From a virus (Duplodnaviria; Caudoviricetes), in IMG/VR virus record IMGVR_UViG_2773858002_000001, positions 27,802 through 91,801 of that record: a stretch of DNA of 64,000 nucleotides, one strand, 5' to 3'. Made by a program: the position numbers and the translations under genes. The notes beneath the pieces are model-generated. The model was not told the DNA's origin. It did not search any database and was given only the letters and a program-made list of their open reading frames with translations. Positions 19,279-28,681 of this stretch are shown here, in pieces; position 1 is the first letter of the stretch, and the number at the start of each line of letters is the position of its first letter.

Positions 19279-21782
19279 TACGGGGTGGCCTCCAGGTCTC
19301 CGATCAAGTCCCACTCATCGGCAGCCACTTTCACGAGCGATGCCGAGCTATGCTGCTTTCTCAATCGGTTGGTCTCGGGCGTATTGAGGACAACCGCCCC
19401 TTCAGGCAGAACCGTGACCTGGCCGCTGCCGGATTGCCTGATCTGAATGACGCTACCCACAGGTATCGCAGCAGACGCATCCAGGGGCACCGTGACGTTC
19501 ACGGGATCGCTGGACGAAATACGAACGTAAGTCCGCTCTGCATCTGCGAGGGTCAACGTGTAGTCACTCGCCTGCCCGTTTAGGCGCAGCGTCCCCTCCC
19601 CTGCTAAGTCTCCAGGCACCCAGCTTTGCTCCTGCGCGTCCCAAACCAAAGCTTGCCCATCGCTCGGCGGTGTCGTTGTCAGATCAACGTCGGTCAGGCC
19701 GTCCAAACCCATTGCCACCACGCCCTGCTGGGTTCGAGGCCCTGCTGGAAAGTCAGGGTCTTCCCAGAACGTCACCAGAGTGCCGGCTGTGCCGTCATGC
19801 GTGGCGTTCGACCTGTTGGTGATGCCCACCCGATCAGGTACGCCCTGGAGTGTGGCTGCGGGATCAATCGGGTCACCAAAATTCTGCCAAAGCAATCCAT
19901 CAGACGACACCCAGGCGCGGATGACATTGCCGTCGAAGCCAAGCCTGAGCCAATTGTAGAGGTTCGGTTCGTTCTTGAGGATCGTCTCCGTCCCGGAGGG
20001 GCTTACCCAGCCGAGGCGGAGTTGCGCCTGCGTATCCGAGTTCGAATTTCCGAGTGCAAGGAACACGAAGGCATTATTGAACGCGCGCTGGACGACCACG
20101 CCGCCCATGTGCCCGGAGACCTCGAAAGAAGACGGAACCAGGCGCGTCGTAACGATCCACGGCTCGACCCGGTTGGTCAGATCACGGTAGACGACGGCAT
20201 GCTTCACACCACTCGACTGTGGTCCGCCCTGAACGATCAGACCCCGAGCTTCCATCTCCACAAAGTCAGCCGATGGCGCGTTATGTCGTCCTGGGAACAT
20301 GTTCGCTTTCGGCGGAGCAAATGGACCGAACTCGTATGTCGCCGGCACGTATTCGCTTTCACCTATGGGTGATCCACCTCCACCGCCTTCGCCGGGCACC
20401 CATATTTGGTTGGCGGCATCATAGGTCAGAACGTTGCCATCGACCGGGGCATTCGTCTCCAGATCGACATCCTCCAACTCCCCTAACGCGGCGATGAGCT
20501 CCTGGTCTCCGATGTCCAAAGTCAACGTACCGCTGATGTTCGTTACGTTGACACCCGATCCAGTGAAATTAATTGCACTTATCGGGTCGCCTTCGACGGG
20601 CGTCCCGTCGCCAAGAAATTCCAGGGCGTTCTGCGCAGTCAAAATGAGATGCCCGTTCTCAGGCATCTGCACATCGAACCCGTTGAATGACATGCTGACG
20701 ATCTGGTCTGTCAGCGGAGTAGAACCGTCGGTCGCCGCAATCGAATAATCCGATTGAGGTGCGTACTCGTAGCTGTAATCAGCGCCGGTCTTCTTGAGGC
20801 GCAGGAACATGCCCACGCTTGGATCATTCGGCGTGGCCACGTCAGTCAGGTCTTGCAGCCGGAAATCTTCGAGATCGGCTATGAGGTCTTGAAGCGAGCG
20901 GAACACGAGCTCGCTTTCTGTGGGATCAACCACGAGGAAATGGTTGCCGAACCCTTCCATCGTCTGCGGGCCATCAACCATCCCCAGAAACGAATAGGTG
21001 ATTACAGCAGGGCTCGGCCCCCAAGCGGCACCGTTCCACGCCAGAACGTCGTTCGGTTCCGCACCGTCCGTAACAACATCGGTAAGGTGCCCAAGCTCGG
21101 CGGCCGGAAACGCATAGGCCGTGAAGGTTGCCTTTCCATTTTGCCACGTCATGAGCTGGCCGTCCTGTGGCGACCCGAGCTCCACGTCAGTCAGTTCGTC
21201 CAGACTTGTCGCCCCTCCCCCACTCGGGGGTTCAACGTTCACCCATTGATTGCCGCTCTCGCTCCATGCAAGCATCTGACCGTCGGCCACGGTCGTGAGA
21301 GTGACATTGGCCAAGTCTCCCAAGTTGGGGATGCCTAAAGGAGCTTTTGCTTCCCAGCGGTTTTCTGCCTCGTCAAACGTCAGAACGTCACCGTCATTCG
21401 GGCTCACTATGCCGACGTTCGTGAGGTCGTCGAGCGTCGAAGGCGTCCCGGCTGGGTCTTCAGTCCACCCAGAACCCGAATAAGTCCAGAACGATGCGCT
21501 GGCCTCGTTGAAGAACTTCATCTTCTGCAGGGGAGCGTAGAACCGCCAGCCGTTGAAGTAGAGTGCGACCCGGTTCTCAAAGCCGCTCCACGCACCCGTA
21601 GGTGTCACACCCACAATGTAGGTGTCTCCCTGGGCCGGGGAGCTCGGTGGGTTGTTCTGAATGCCCTTGGCAGAGCGCGCCACCATGGCATCGAAAACCA
21701 CGGCAGCCTCGTTGAAGACGACTTCTTTCTGGACATCGTTCGATGCCATCAAGCGCACGCCGAGCTTTGGGGTCTGTGCCAT
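19278..21782 (-). CDS. DUF2793-type tail fibre protein
   Basis: TPKLG....QKEV..NEA, PP.SP..GD.YIV...TGAW.G; seven LxDLTDV-like repeats. Confidence 0.8.
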   Translation of the reverse strand: MAQTPKLGVRLMASNDVQKEVVFNEAAVVFDAMVARSAKGIQNNPPSSPAQGDTYIVGVTPTGAWSGFENRVALYFNGWRFYAPLQKMKFFNEASASFWTYSGSGWTEDPAGTPSTLDDLTNVGIVSPNDGDVLTFDEAENRWEAKAPLGIPNLGDLANVTLTTVADGQMLAWSESGNQWVNVEPPSGGGATSLDELTDVELGSPQDGQLMTWQNGKATFTAYAFPAAELGHLTDVVTDGAEPNDVLAWNGAAWGPSPAVITYSFLGMVDGPQTMEGFGNHFLVVDPTESELVFRSLQDLIADLEDFRLQDLTDVATPNDPSVGMFLRLKKTGADYSYEYAPQSDYSIAATDGSTPLTDQIVSMSFNGFDVQMPENGHLILTAQNALEFLGDGTPVEGDPISAINFTGSGVNVTNISGTLTLDIGDQELIAALGELEDVDLETNAPVDGNVLTYDAANQIWVPGEGGGGGSPIGESEYVPATYEFGPFAPPKANMFPGRHNAPSADFVEMEARGLIVQGGPQSSGVKHAVVYRDLTNRVEPWIVTTRLVPSSFEVSGHMGGVVVQRAFNNAFVFLALGNSNSDTQAQLRLGWVSPSGTETILKNEPNLYNWLRLGFDGNVIRAWVSSDGLLWQNFGDPIDPAATLQGVPDRVGITNRSNATHDGTAGTLVTFWEDPDFPAGPRTQQGVVAMGLDGLTDVDLTTTPPSDGQALVWDAQEQSWVPGDLAGEGTLRLNGQASDYTLTLADAERTYVRISSSDPVNVTVPLDASAAIPVGSVIQIRQSGSGQVTVLPEGAVVLNTPETNRLRKQHSSASLVKVAADEWDLIGDLEATP

Positions 21783-21785
21783 GAC

Positions 21786-24398
21786 CTACGCCTCCAGTTC
21801 CTGAGCGAAGCCCCGCCCAATTGTCTGACCAATCTGATACAGCCTAAGCTCCACGTTGTCCCTGATCTCACCGAAGTCAGCAGCCTGCATGGTCGCACTG
21901 TAGGTCCACTCGCGTTCTGTGACCTCTACGGTACGAAGCACGTCCTCGCCGTCCATCACATCGATCTCATAGCGTTCAAACGGCTGATCTATGTCGAGGG
22001 TTTGGCCGTTTATTAAGCCCCCGTTCTGTCGTCTACGCGGGCTCCATCGGATGTAGATGTCATCGTTCGAGCGGCGCACCAATTCATGGATGGCCGGTGT
22101 GAAGGGTCGAAGGCTGTTTCCCGTATTGATGAATTGGAAACTCGCGGCGCTGTCGGGATCGTCCCCAAAGGTCACCGCACGGTAGATCGCCGGCTTCTCA
22201 ATACCGCTGACATCGTGGGTGATCCTGCTGATCGCGGACTGCTTGAGGCGGACAAACCGCTCCCCAGAGGTGTGTCGCCCAATCTCGTGTTCGGTGCCCC
22301 GCAAACCCCGGAGGAACTTCGACAACTCCCATATGCCGTTGCCAAGGTCTCGAACATGGCAGAACTGAACAATCTCATTGCCGATCACAGCCATATTCAA
22401 AGGCTGGGACAGAACATCGTTGGGGTCGGCAGACGCCAGATCGATGTCCTTGTTCATCATGTAAACCCTGATCGCTGTCGTCTCGTCCCACAGCCCCGGA
22501 ACAGCATCGGGCAGCGTCGTGAGCACGTATCCGTGAGCTACAGTGACCATGCTTTGTGCCACGGCGTACCATTTTGATCCGGCAGCCTCGTTCGGTTCCT
22601 CGACGCCAAACACTTCCGTCACACCACCGGACGAAATATCCAAGAGCAACGCGCCTCCCGACCACGTGTTCCTATTGCCAGCAAGCACCGAGTAGAAGCC
22701 GATGTTGTCCGTCTCTGCGTCCGACAGAAGTGGGGTGTCCAGCATATACGGGATTGTCGGTGAACCGCGAGGCATGGTCTCTGGCTCATTGTCGTCAATG
22801 TCGAGATCGTCCTCGGTAATAGCCGTGGAATGGCCGTATTGATTGTGATCCACGAACATGTGTTCGAGCACGCCGTTTGCGCCAATGTCCACACCTACAC
22901 ATCTCCACGACACGTACCGATTGCCCGAAGGGTCGGTCGGGTCGGACACAAGAACAGGGTCTCCCGGCTCGATTACCACGTATTTCCGGGGCAGCATGAC
23001 CTTGTGGCTCTTCCGAGCAGTGAACTTCAGGGCAAGCATTTCCTCGACCTGGGTCTTAGCCATGGACCGGGTGAGAGCAATCGTGGCGTCTATCTCATCA
23101 ACGCTGTCACTCTCGGTCACGCTCCGCGTGGCGTAGACCATATTCGGTGAATAGGCGCGTGCCGGCTCCTGGAACTTCAGCTGGACACGCCGAGGCAAAT
23201 CAGCGTCTTGCGCACGTGTAGTCTCGATGCTCGGCGGAGGGTCGCTGCCGTCAGTGTATGCCCCGAAATCCTCGCGTCGGATGATCGCCACCGGTCTTTG
23301 GTTGATCCAACTGAACACGATCTTGTAGGAGCTCTCGGCTGCATCAAACGGGTATACCGACTGCAGCATGTTGAGGACGCCGCGCCCGGACATCGACTGC
23401 GTAACCGCAAAGCCGGGAATTTTCCTGTCCGTCGGCAGGTAGCCGATGCCATCGAACTCACTGTCCTCAAGACCGCTCTCCCGGCATACGTCAGTGACAA
23501 TCTCGTGGAGATAGACCTCACCGTCATCACGCTGCACCTCGACAGTGAACTGTGGAACGCCGTTGCCGAAATCCTCAAGCTGCAAATTGTGCAGAACAAA
23601 GTATGCGAGCCCCCGGTAGGCGGGTACGTTTCCGACCCCAAGATACTCTTCCATCTTGGCGTTTGGGATTTGCGTCTCACTGCCCAAATAGATGTTCATC
23701 GCGTCGAACCTGATCTTGTTCTTCGCGTAGACCTGATCTTTGCCGAGACCATCGAGCATGCGGCTCATGAGGTCATCAACTTCGGAGCGAGAAGGTGCCG
23801 GGATCGGCGGTGTCAAAGTCGTGCCTGGATGCGACATGATGTAATCCACGGCCTCTCCTTGCGTGCCGTAGGTGTACTCGTCCGGACGGTAATTGTTGAA
23901 AGCGAAGATGAAGGCTCCGCAGTATGCCTCAGCGAGCCTCGTCACGCCCTCCTGGTTCACCAGGCGGTCGAGTTCCGCATAGTAGGCGGCATCGAAGTCC
24001 TCGCTGGCCTGCTTCTGGATTTCAGAATGCATCCACAACAGCTTCTGGTTCGCCCAAATCCGGTTGATGCGGTGTATCGGACCCTGACAGGCGGCAATCG
24101 CGCAGTCCACGGAGTATGAGTAGGTGTAGACCTTCTGACTGTGTTTGCCACCGCCACCCTTCTTGCCGCCTCCGACCTCTTCGACGTGCTCAGTCTCTAT
24201 CAGCTTGGAAGTCCAGATGATCTGACCGGGAACCTTCATGGTTCCCCAATGTCTGATAATCGGATTTCCTGGGCTAACCGATGCGACATTGATGTCCGAC
24301 AACCGGGGTCCGTACTGGTCCTTCGGTTTGGGTGCCAAAGCCGCCGACAAGAGTGCACCGCCGACGCCAATCGCGAGAGATAATGCGATCTTACCCAT
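21786..24398 (-). CDS. Tail tip/host-specificity protein (GTA gp15-like)
   Basis: GPRLSD, G.IIW, PAYRGLAY.V...L.DFGN..P, LRGLRGTE, W..R.R. Confidence 0.85.
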   Translation of the reverse strand: MGKIALSLAIGVGGALLSAALAPKPKDQYGPRLSDINVASVSPGNPIIRHWGTMKVPGQIIWTSKLIETEHVEEVGGGKKGGGGKHSQKVYTYSYSVDCAIAACQGPIHRINRIWANQKLLWMHSEIQKQASEDFDAAYYAELDRLVNQEGVTRLAEAYCGAFIFAFNNYRPDEYTYGTQGEAVDYIMSHPGTTLTPPIPAPSRSEVDDLMSRMLDGLGKDQVYAKNKIRFDAMNIYLGSETQIPNAKMEEYLGVGNVPAYRGLAYFVLHNLQLEDFGNGVPQFTVEVQRDDGEVYLHEIVTDVCRESGLEDSEFDGIGYLPTDRKIPGFAVTQSMSGRGVLNMLQSVYPFDAAESSYKIVFSWINQRPVAIIRREDFGAYTDGSDPPPSIETTRAQDADLPRRVQLKFQEPARAYSPNMVYATRSVTESDSVDEIDATIALTRSMAKTQVEEMLALKFTARKSHKVMLPRKYVVIEPGDPVLVSDPTDPSGNRYVSWRCVGVDIGANGVLEHMFVDHNQYGHSTAITEDDLDIDDNEPETMPRGSPTIPYMLDTPLLSDAETDNIGFYSVLAGNRNTWSGGALLLDISSGGVTEVFGVEEPNEAAGSKWYAVAQSMVTVAHGYVLTTLPDAVPGLWDETTAIRVYMMNKDIDLASADPNDVLSQPLNMAVIGNEIVQFCHVRDLGNGIWELSKFLRGLRGTEHEIGRHTSGERFVRLKQSAISRITHDVSGIEKPAIYRAVTFGDDPDSAASFQFINTGNSLRPFTPAIHELVRRSNDDIYIRWSPRRRQNGGLINGQTLDIDQPFERYEIDVMDGEDVLRTVEVTEREWTYSATMQAADFGEIRDNVELRLYQIGQTIGRGFAQELEA

Positions 24399-24843
24399 GG
24401 CGCGCGACCTCCAGGGGTTCCGTGCCGGGGAACTCGTAAACCCGAACCAGGCGCTTCATCCAGAAGCTGTCCCAGCTGTGCTCAAGAACCCTCCCCGCCT
24501 TGCTGAAAGAATGGATCATGGTCTTCCGGCCAGCGTGCTCACCAACGATTGCCAAGTGTTGCGCCTCATTGCGGTCGAAACCCCACAGGATCGCCACGCG
24601 CCCAAGCGCCAACTCCTTGTTCTCAATACGAACGAGCTGCTGGTCGGCATACCGGAGAACAAGGTTCGAGCTCGGGCTTTCCGCATAGTATTTCGGTGCA
24701 ATTAATTGCAAATCGAGCTCAGCACCGACCCCAAGGATGAGCCCAACACAATCTACGCCCTTCTCTTTGGATCGGCCCTGGTGTCGGTAGCGCGTGCCGA
24801 CCCAGCTTCGTGCCTGCTCTACGATCTTGCTGCGACCAAGCAT
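24391..24843 (-). CDS. NlpC/P60 tail peptidase (GTA gp14-like)
   Basis: ARSWVGTRYRHQGR...GVDCVGL, HLAI, MIHS. Confidence 0.88.
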   Translation of the reverse strand: MLGRSKIVEQARSWVGTRYRHQGRSKEKGVDCVGLILGVGAELDLQLIAPKYYAESPSSNLVLRYADQQLVRIENKELALGRVAILWGFDRNEAQHLAIVGEHAGRKTMIHSFSKAGRVLEHSWDSFWMKRLVRVYEFPGTEPLEVARHG

Positions 24844-26342
24844 CAGCTGCCTCCGCTGTCCTGTTTCTTCTGACCACCCTTCGACGTGATGTTCGCCGTC
24901 GCAAGTGCCTTCTCTTCGGTAGGCATATCGGGGAACCCACGGTAGTTGTGGATGTTGTCGAACTGCTTGCAAGCAGTCCGTGTCTTTGCGCAGCCGGCAA
25001 CGACTTCGTATTCATCGCCAGGCTTAATCTCCCCCGGCATCTGCTCCAGAAGTGCGAAGGCTCCGCCGTTGGTCTGGCCAAAGTCCCGGACCTCGACCTT
25101 GATGCCCTTATTGGCCCCCGACAACCATTCAACGGTGCCGTACCGCCAGTAATCCATCGGCTCGATACGATCCCGGTCGGTGAAGTGTGCTCGGCTGAAG
25201 ACTGCGGACACCACACCGCGAAGCCTACGGGCGCGTATACAGCGCCACACAAGCTGGTTGTCTGTGATCTCCGCGCCCAATTGCTGGGGCCAGTTGGGCT
25301 CCGTCGTCCCGGACCATCCTATGGCATACCTGATGGCAGTCGATCCGTTCGTAACGGTCAGGGGCTGCACTCCCGGTGGTGCGGAGAGTGGAACCTTGCC
25401 CTCCTTCGTCGGCGTCAGGAACGCCTTCGAATTGACCAACTGCCCCTGCTGTGTGACGTCTTCCTGGTAGAAGCTCTCGCCGAATGGTCGGATGCCTTCC
25501 GTTGTGACCGCACCACCGTGTGTCATCGCAGTCGCCATTGCTTTCAGGGCTGGATCACTACCCTCATCAACCACGGTCTCGCCGTTCTTGATCTTGAACA
25601 TCTCGATCAGCATCTTGAACATGCCAGCAGGACCGCTGGCGTTGAGGAACGATTGGATCACGTCTGATTTAGCGAGCTCGCTTGTGGCAATGGCCGCCTC
25701 GGGGATCGAGTTTACTGCAGCCTGCTCCCCCTGTGCGGCCACGCACTGATACCAATAACCCGTCTGCGTCGTCGGCTTGACGTACGATCCGATGCCCGCG
25801 TCGGCCCCGGCCTTCGAGATGTATCGTTCCTCTGGACGCCATTCCTCAGCATCCAACCAGACCAGGCAACGATGATCCCCGAGTGTGGCAGAGCATTCGA
25901 GCGTGAAAAACTGCCCGAAAGGTTGCTGAAGCTTCTGAAATGGGGACCGGAGCTCGCATTCGAACTCACCATTCCTGATTTTCACCTCGCCCAGGCGGCC
26001 ACCGCGGATCGGCACGACACCCTGCGGATCGAGCGGATTGATCCAAAACATGCGCACAAAAGCATTGTCCCACAGGCCGGCCTGCAAATCCCAATCCGTG
26101 ATCTTGTCAGAGATCAACGCGGTGGCGCTCGTATTATCTACAGACAGGTTCGTTTTGGACGACACCGCCATACCGCTGAATGCGTTGGAGGGCTCGTACC
26201 GGAGGCCGTCTATCTCGAACGGAACATCGCCGGAGGTGAACCCCAGCTTCAATCCGTCCGTACGCTCCAGATACCACCCCAACACCATGTGGGTAGACCG
26301 CTCTTTGAGCTGGTTGAATAGCTTTGAGTTGATCCGTTTCAT
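24843..26342 (-). CDS. DUF2163 baseplate hub (GTA gp13-like) with internal insertion
   Basis: RTDG..LGFT, C.A.LGD.RC, GC.KT...C..F.N..N.RGFP. Confidence 0.85.
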   Translation of the reverse strand: MKRINSKLFNQLKERSTHMVLGWYLERTDGLKLGFTSGDVPFEIDGLRYEPSNAFSGMAVSSKTNLSVDNTSATALISDKITDWDLQAGLWDNAFVRMFWINPLDPQGVVPIRGGRLGEVKIRNGEFECELRSPFQKLQQPFGQFFTLECSATLGDHRCLVWLDAEEWRPEERYISKAGADAGIGSYVKPTTQTGYWYQCVAAQGEQAAVNSIPEAAIATSELAKSDVIQSFLNASGPAGMFKMLIEMFKIKNGETVVDEGSDPALKAMATAMTHGGAVTTEGIRPFGESFYQEDVTQQGQLVNSKAFLTPTKEGKVPLSAPPGVQPLTVTNGSTAIRYAIGWSGTTEPNWPQQLGAEITDNQLVWRCIRARRLRGVVSAVFSRAHFTDRDRIEPMDYWRYGTVEWLSGANKGIKVEVRDFGQTNGGAFALLEQMPGEIKPGDEYEVVAGCAKTRTACKQFDNIHNYRGFPDMPTEEKALATANITSKGGQKKQDSGGS

Positions 26343-27553
26343 GCGTCGAACATCTCCGCTGGCCGCACCTCTATCAGCTTGACGTCAGCCGCGCCGCCAA
26401 CCCCATACTCTTCGAGGGAAACGGGAAGACGATCTGTGTCAAAGCGAACAGGGACGAAGAACTCATAGCCTGCGGTCAGGAGCATGTTGGCCTCTGGCGC
26501 AGGATGACGGACCACGCTCACCCCGTCACGGTTGGTTTCGAGCTCGCCGTAATTGTCCGGTGCCGTGAAAGTGACGCTTTTGCCATCTCCCGACACGTTC
26601 GTCAGAATGAGAGACATCGCTTCGTTGCTGTTGTTGTCGGGGTTCAACCATCCACGAGTGATGATCTTGTCGCCCGTAGCTAGGCCAACAAAAGTTCCCG
26701 CCTCCCCGATGATTGTCCACCGTCCCGTCGGCTGATCATTGCTGTCCAACTGAGGCTCGATGCGCATGGCAGTGAGGTCGTATTTCGACCAGTTCGGAAC
26801 GAACGTGATTACCCCACGCTCATAATCGATCTCAAAATTGTCCACCTCCAGGCCGCCGACCCCTACCCGAACGGTGCCTGGTTTTGGGCGGTAGATCGGC
26901 CTGGTCTGTATCGTCCTGCCACTCGGTGTCGGATAATGCTTCACAAGCTGGAACTTGAAGCGGATGTGATCGCCAACCCCGAACTCCTGGTCGAGGTATG
27001 AGATGTCAGGTGCCCGCCGTGCCTCTTCTTCCGTCGCCAGTGTCGAGGTGTAGTCCACGTGGTCGTGGTAAAGGAACGCGTTCTTGCGCCCGCCCATTGC
27101 ACGGAAGAATGAGATCAGGCCCTGCAGATGCTCCATCGTCCGCACTCCGTACGCGATGTCGTACTCCATCAGGGGCTGCGTCCACCGGCTACTACGCTGG
27201 TCATGGCCGCTATCGACCCGCACCACGTCCGTTTGGAAGCGGGTGGCTCCAATGCTGTTGTAGCTGATGTCAAACGGGAAGATTTCATCGATAACCATGT
27301 CGATCCACTCGAAATTCGGTGTGAACGGGATCATCACGTTGGCGTAAACCTGGGTGAACCGGTTTGCGCCGGCTGCTTCGGGTTCGCCCGTGTTGAGGGG
27401 ATACTCACCCATCACGTTGGCATAGACCTGCGTCACCCTGCGCCTGTGGTCATTCGAGACCCCGAGGTTCTGGGCGTAAACGCTTGTGATGATGCGTTCG
27501 CTCTCACCGCTGCACAGCGATGCGGTCCACACCTGGGTGAGCCGTCCAGACAT
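26339..27553 (-). CDS. DUF2460 distal tail protein (GTA gp12-like)
   Basis: FP.DISY...G..RF.T......SG..QR..RW, FQLVK.Y, TAGYEF.VPVRFDTD. Confidence 0.85.
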   Translation of the reverse strand: MSGRLTQVWTASLCSGESERIITSVYAQNLGVSNDHRRRVTQVYANVMGEYPLNTGEPEAAGANRFTQVYANVMIPFTPNFEWIDMVIDEIFPFDISYNSIGATRFQTDVVRVDSGHDQRSSRWTQPLMEYDIAYGVRTMEHLQGLISFFRAMGGRKNAFLYHDHVDYTSTLATEEEARRAPDISYLDQEFGVGDHIRFKFQLVKHYPTPSGRTIQTRPIYRPKPGTVRVGVGGLEVDNFEIDYERGVITFVPNWSKYDLTAMRIEPQLDSNDQPTGRWTIIGEAGTFVGLATGDKIITRGWLNPDNNSNEAMSLILTNVSGDGKSVTFTAPDNYGELETNRDGVSVVRHPAPEANMLLTAGYEFFVPVRFDTDRLPVSLEEYGVGGAADVKLIEVRPAEMFDA

Positions 27554-28656
27554 CAGGCGATCTCCACACCGATGTGCATGGCGTTCGCCTTGATCTTGTT
27601 CCAGCCCCCACCATCAGGTGCAGTCTGAAAGATGTGATGCTTGGCTGTGAAACGCGTTGTAAGTGTCATTGGATCACTATCGGCGGTTTGGCCGTCGTAC
27701 CGACACTTCACCTTGATGTTCGAAGTCCCTGCGGCATCCTTACGGGTTCTGGCGTGTACGCTGACCGCCAACACGTCGATAATGTTCGCAGGAAGCTCAT
27801 CAAGATCGAACATGTCCACATGGCCGAGGGTGTTCGAGTACAGGTATGACAGATCGTCGTCGGGCGGTACGTCGTCCACTGCGGTGTAATTCGATAGGCC
27901 GGCACCGTAGGCGGCCATGTCATTCGGGCCTGCGTCCTGAAGCGGCATCAACGCATGAACAACGACGTCACCGCAGAAATCGTTGAACTGCGTTCCACTG
28001 CTGTCGCAGATGTACACGTCATCGAAATAGGAGAAAGCATTACCGTACCCGGTATTCCAATCTGCACTCGAACAGAACAGCTGGCAAAGGTTCACCGATT
28101 TCGGATTTGCGGGGTTTGTCCATCCTTCTGTCGTCAGGACAACCGCTCCATCAAGGCGCACTATGCAGTGTGAGCCTGGCTTATATTTCACCTCAACATA
28201 CTGCCAGACGTCGGCAAACATGATGTTCGGTGCAGAGGCGGCCACAAGGTGGGTCGATACCTGACCGAGTTCGTTTGTCGTGTAGCCAATGACCGAAATG
28301 CCACTTTGCGCGTTTCTGCAAATAGAAACCTGAGAATTTACGGTCCCCAGGCGGTTATCGTAGAGAAGCGAGAAGAACCGGTCGAAGTCCGAAGCGCTCA
28401 ACCGAACCGCTGCGCCCATGATCACTTCATCGACAGTCTCTATTGCTCGACGGACCTGCCCAAACTGGCTGCCAGCCGCGCCCCGGTTCAACCTGATGCA
28501 ATAACCCCTACCAGTCCGCGTATCGTGGTTCATCGCCACATTGCGAACGCTTGAATATCCCGACGAAGCTACGACGTCCGCATCTTGCTGGACGCCGCCA
28601 AGTTCCGTCCTGTGCGGTCCGTAGGTGTCGAACCCATCCATCCAAATCAGGCTCAT
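27553..28656 (-). CDS. Putative tail protein
   Basis: MSLIWMDGFD start, WQYVEVK, YFDDVYICD; follows the tape measure gene. Confidence 0.7.
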   Translation of the reverse strand: MSLIWMDGFDTYGPHRTELGGVQQDADVVASSGYSSVRNVAMNHDTRTGRGYCIRLNRGAAGSQFGQVRRAIETVDEVIMGAAVRLSASDFDRFFSLLYDNRLGTVNSQVSICRNAQSGISVIGYTTNELGQVSTHLVAASAPNIMFADVWQYVEVKYKPGSHCIVRLDGAVVLTTEGWTNPANPKSVNLCQLFCSSADWNTGYGNAFSYFDDVYICDSSGTQFNDFCGDVVVHALMPLQDAGPNDMAAYGAGLSNYTAVDDVPPDDDLSYLYSNTLGHVDMFDLDELPANIIDVLAVSVHARTRKDAAGTSNIKVKCRYDGQTADSDPMTLTTRFTAKHHIFQTAPDGGGWNKIKANAMHIGVEIA

Positions 28657-28681
28657 TCTTGGCTCCTGTGCAATTAATTGC

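Noticed and set aside
21786-27553. Gene transfer agent
   Set aside because: Only the tail tip is GTA-like; full replication, lysis and unrelated head genes indicate a true phage.
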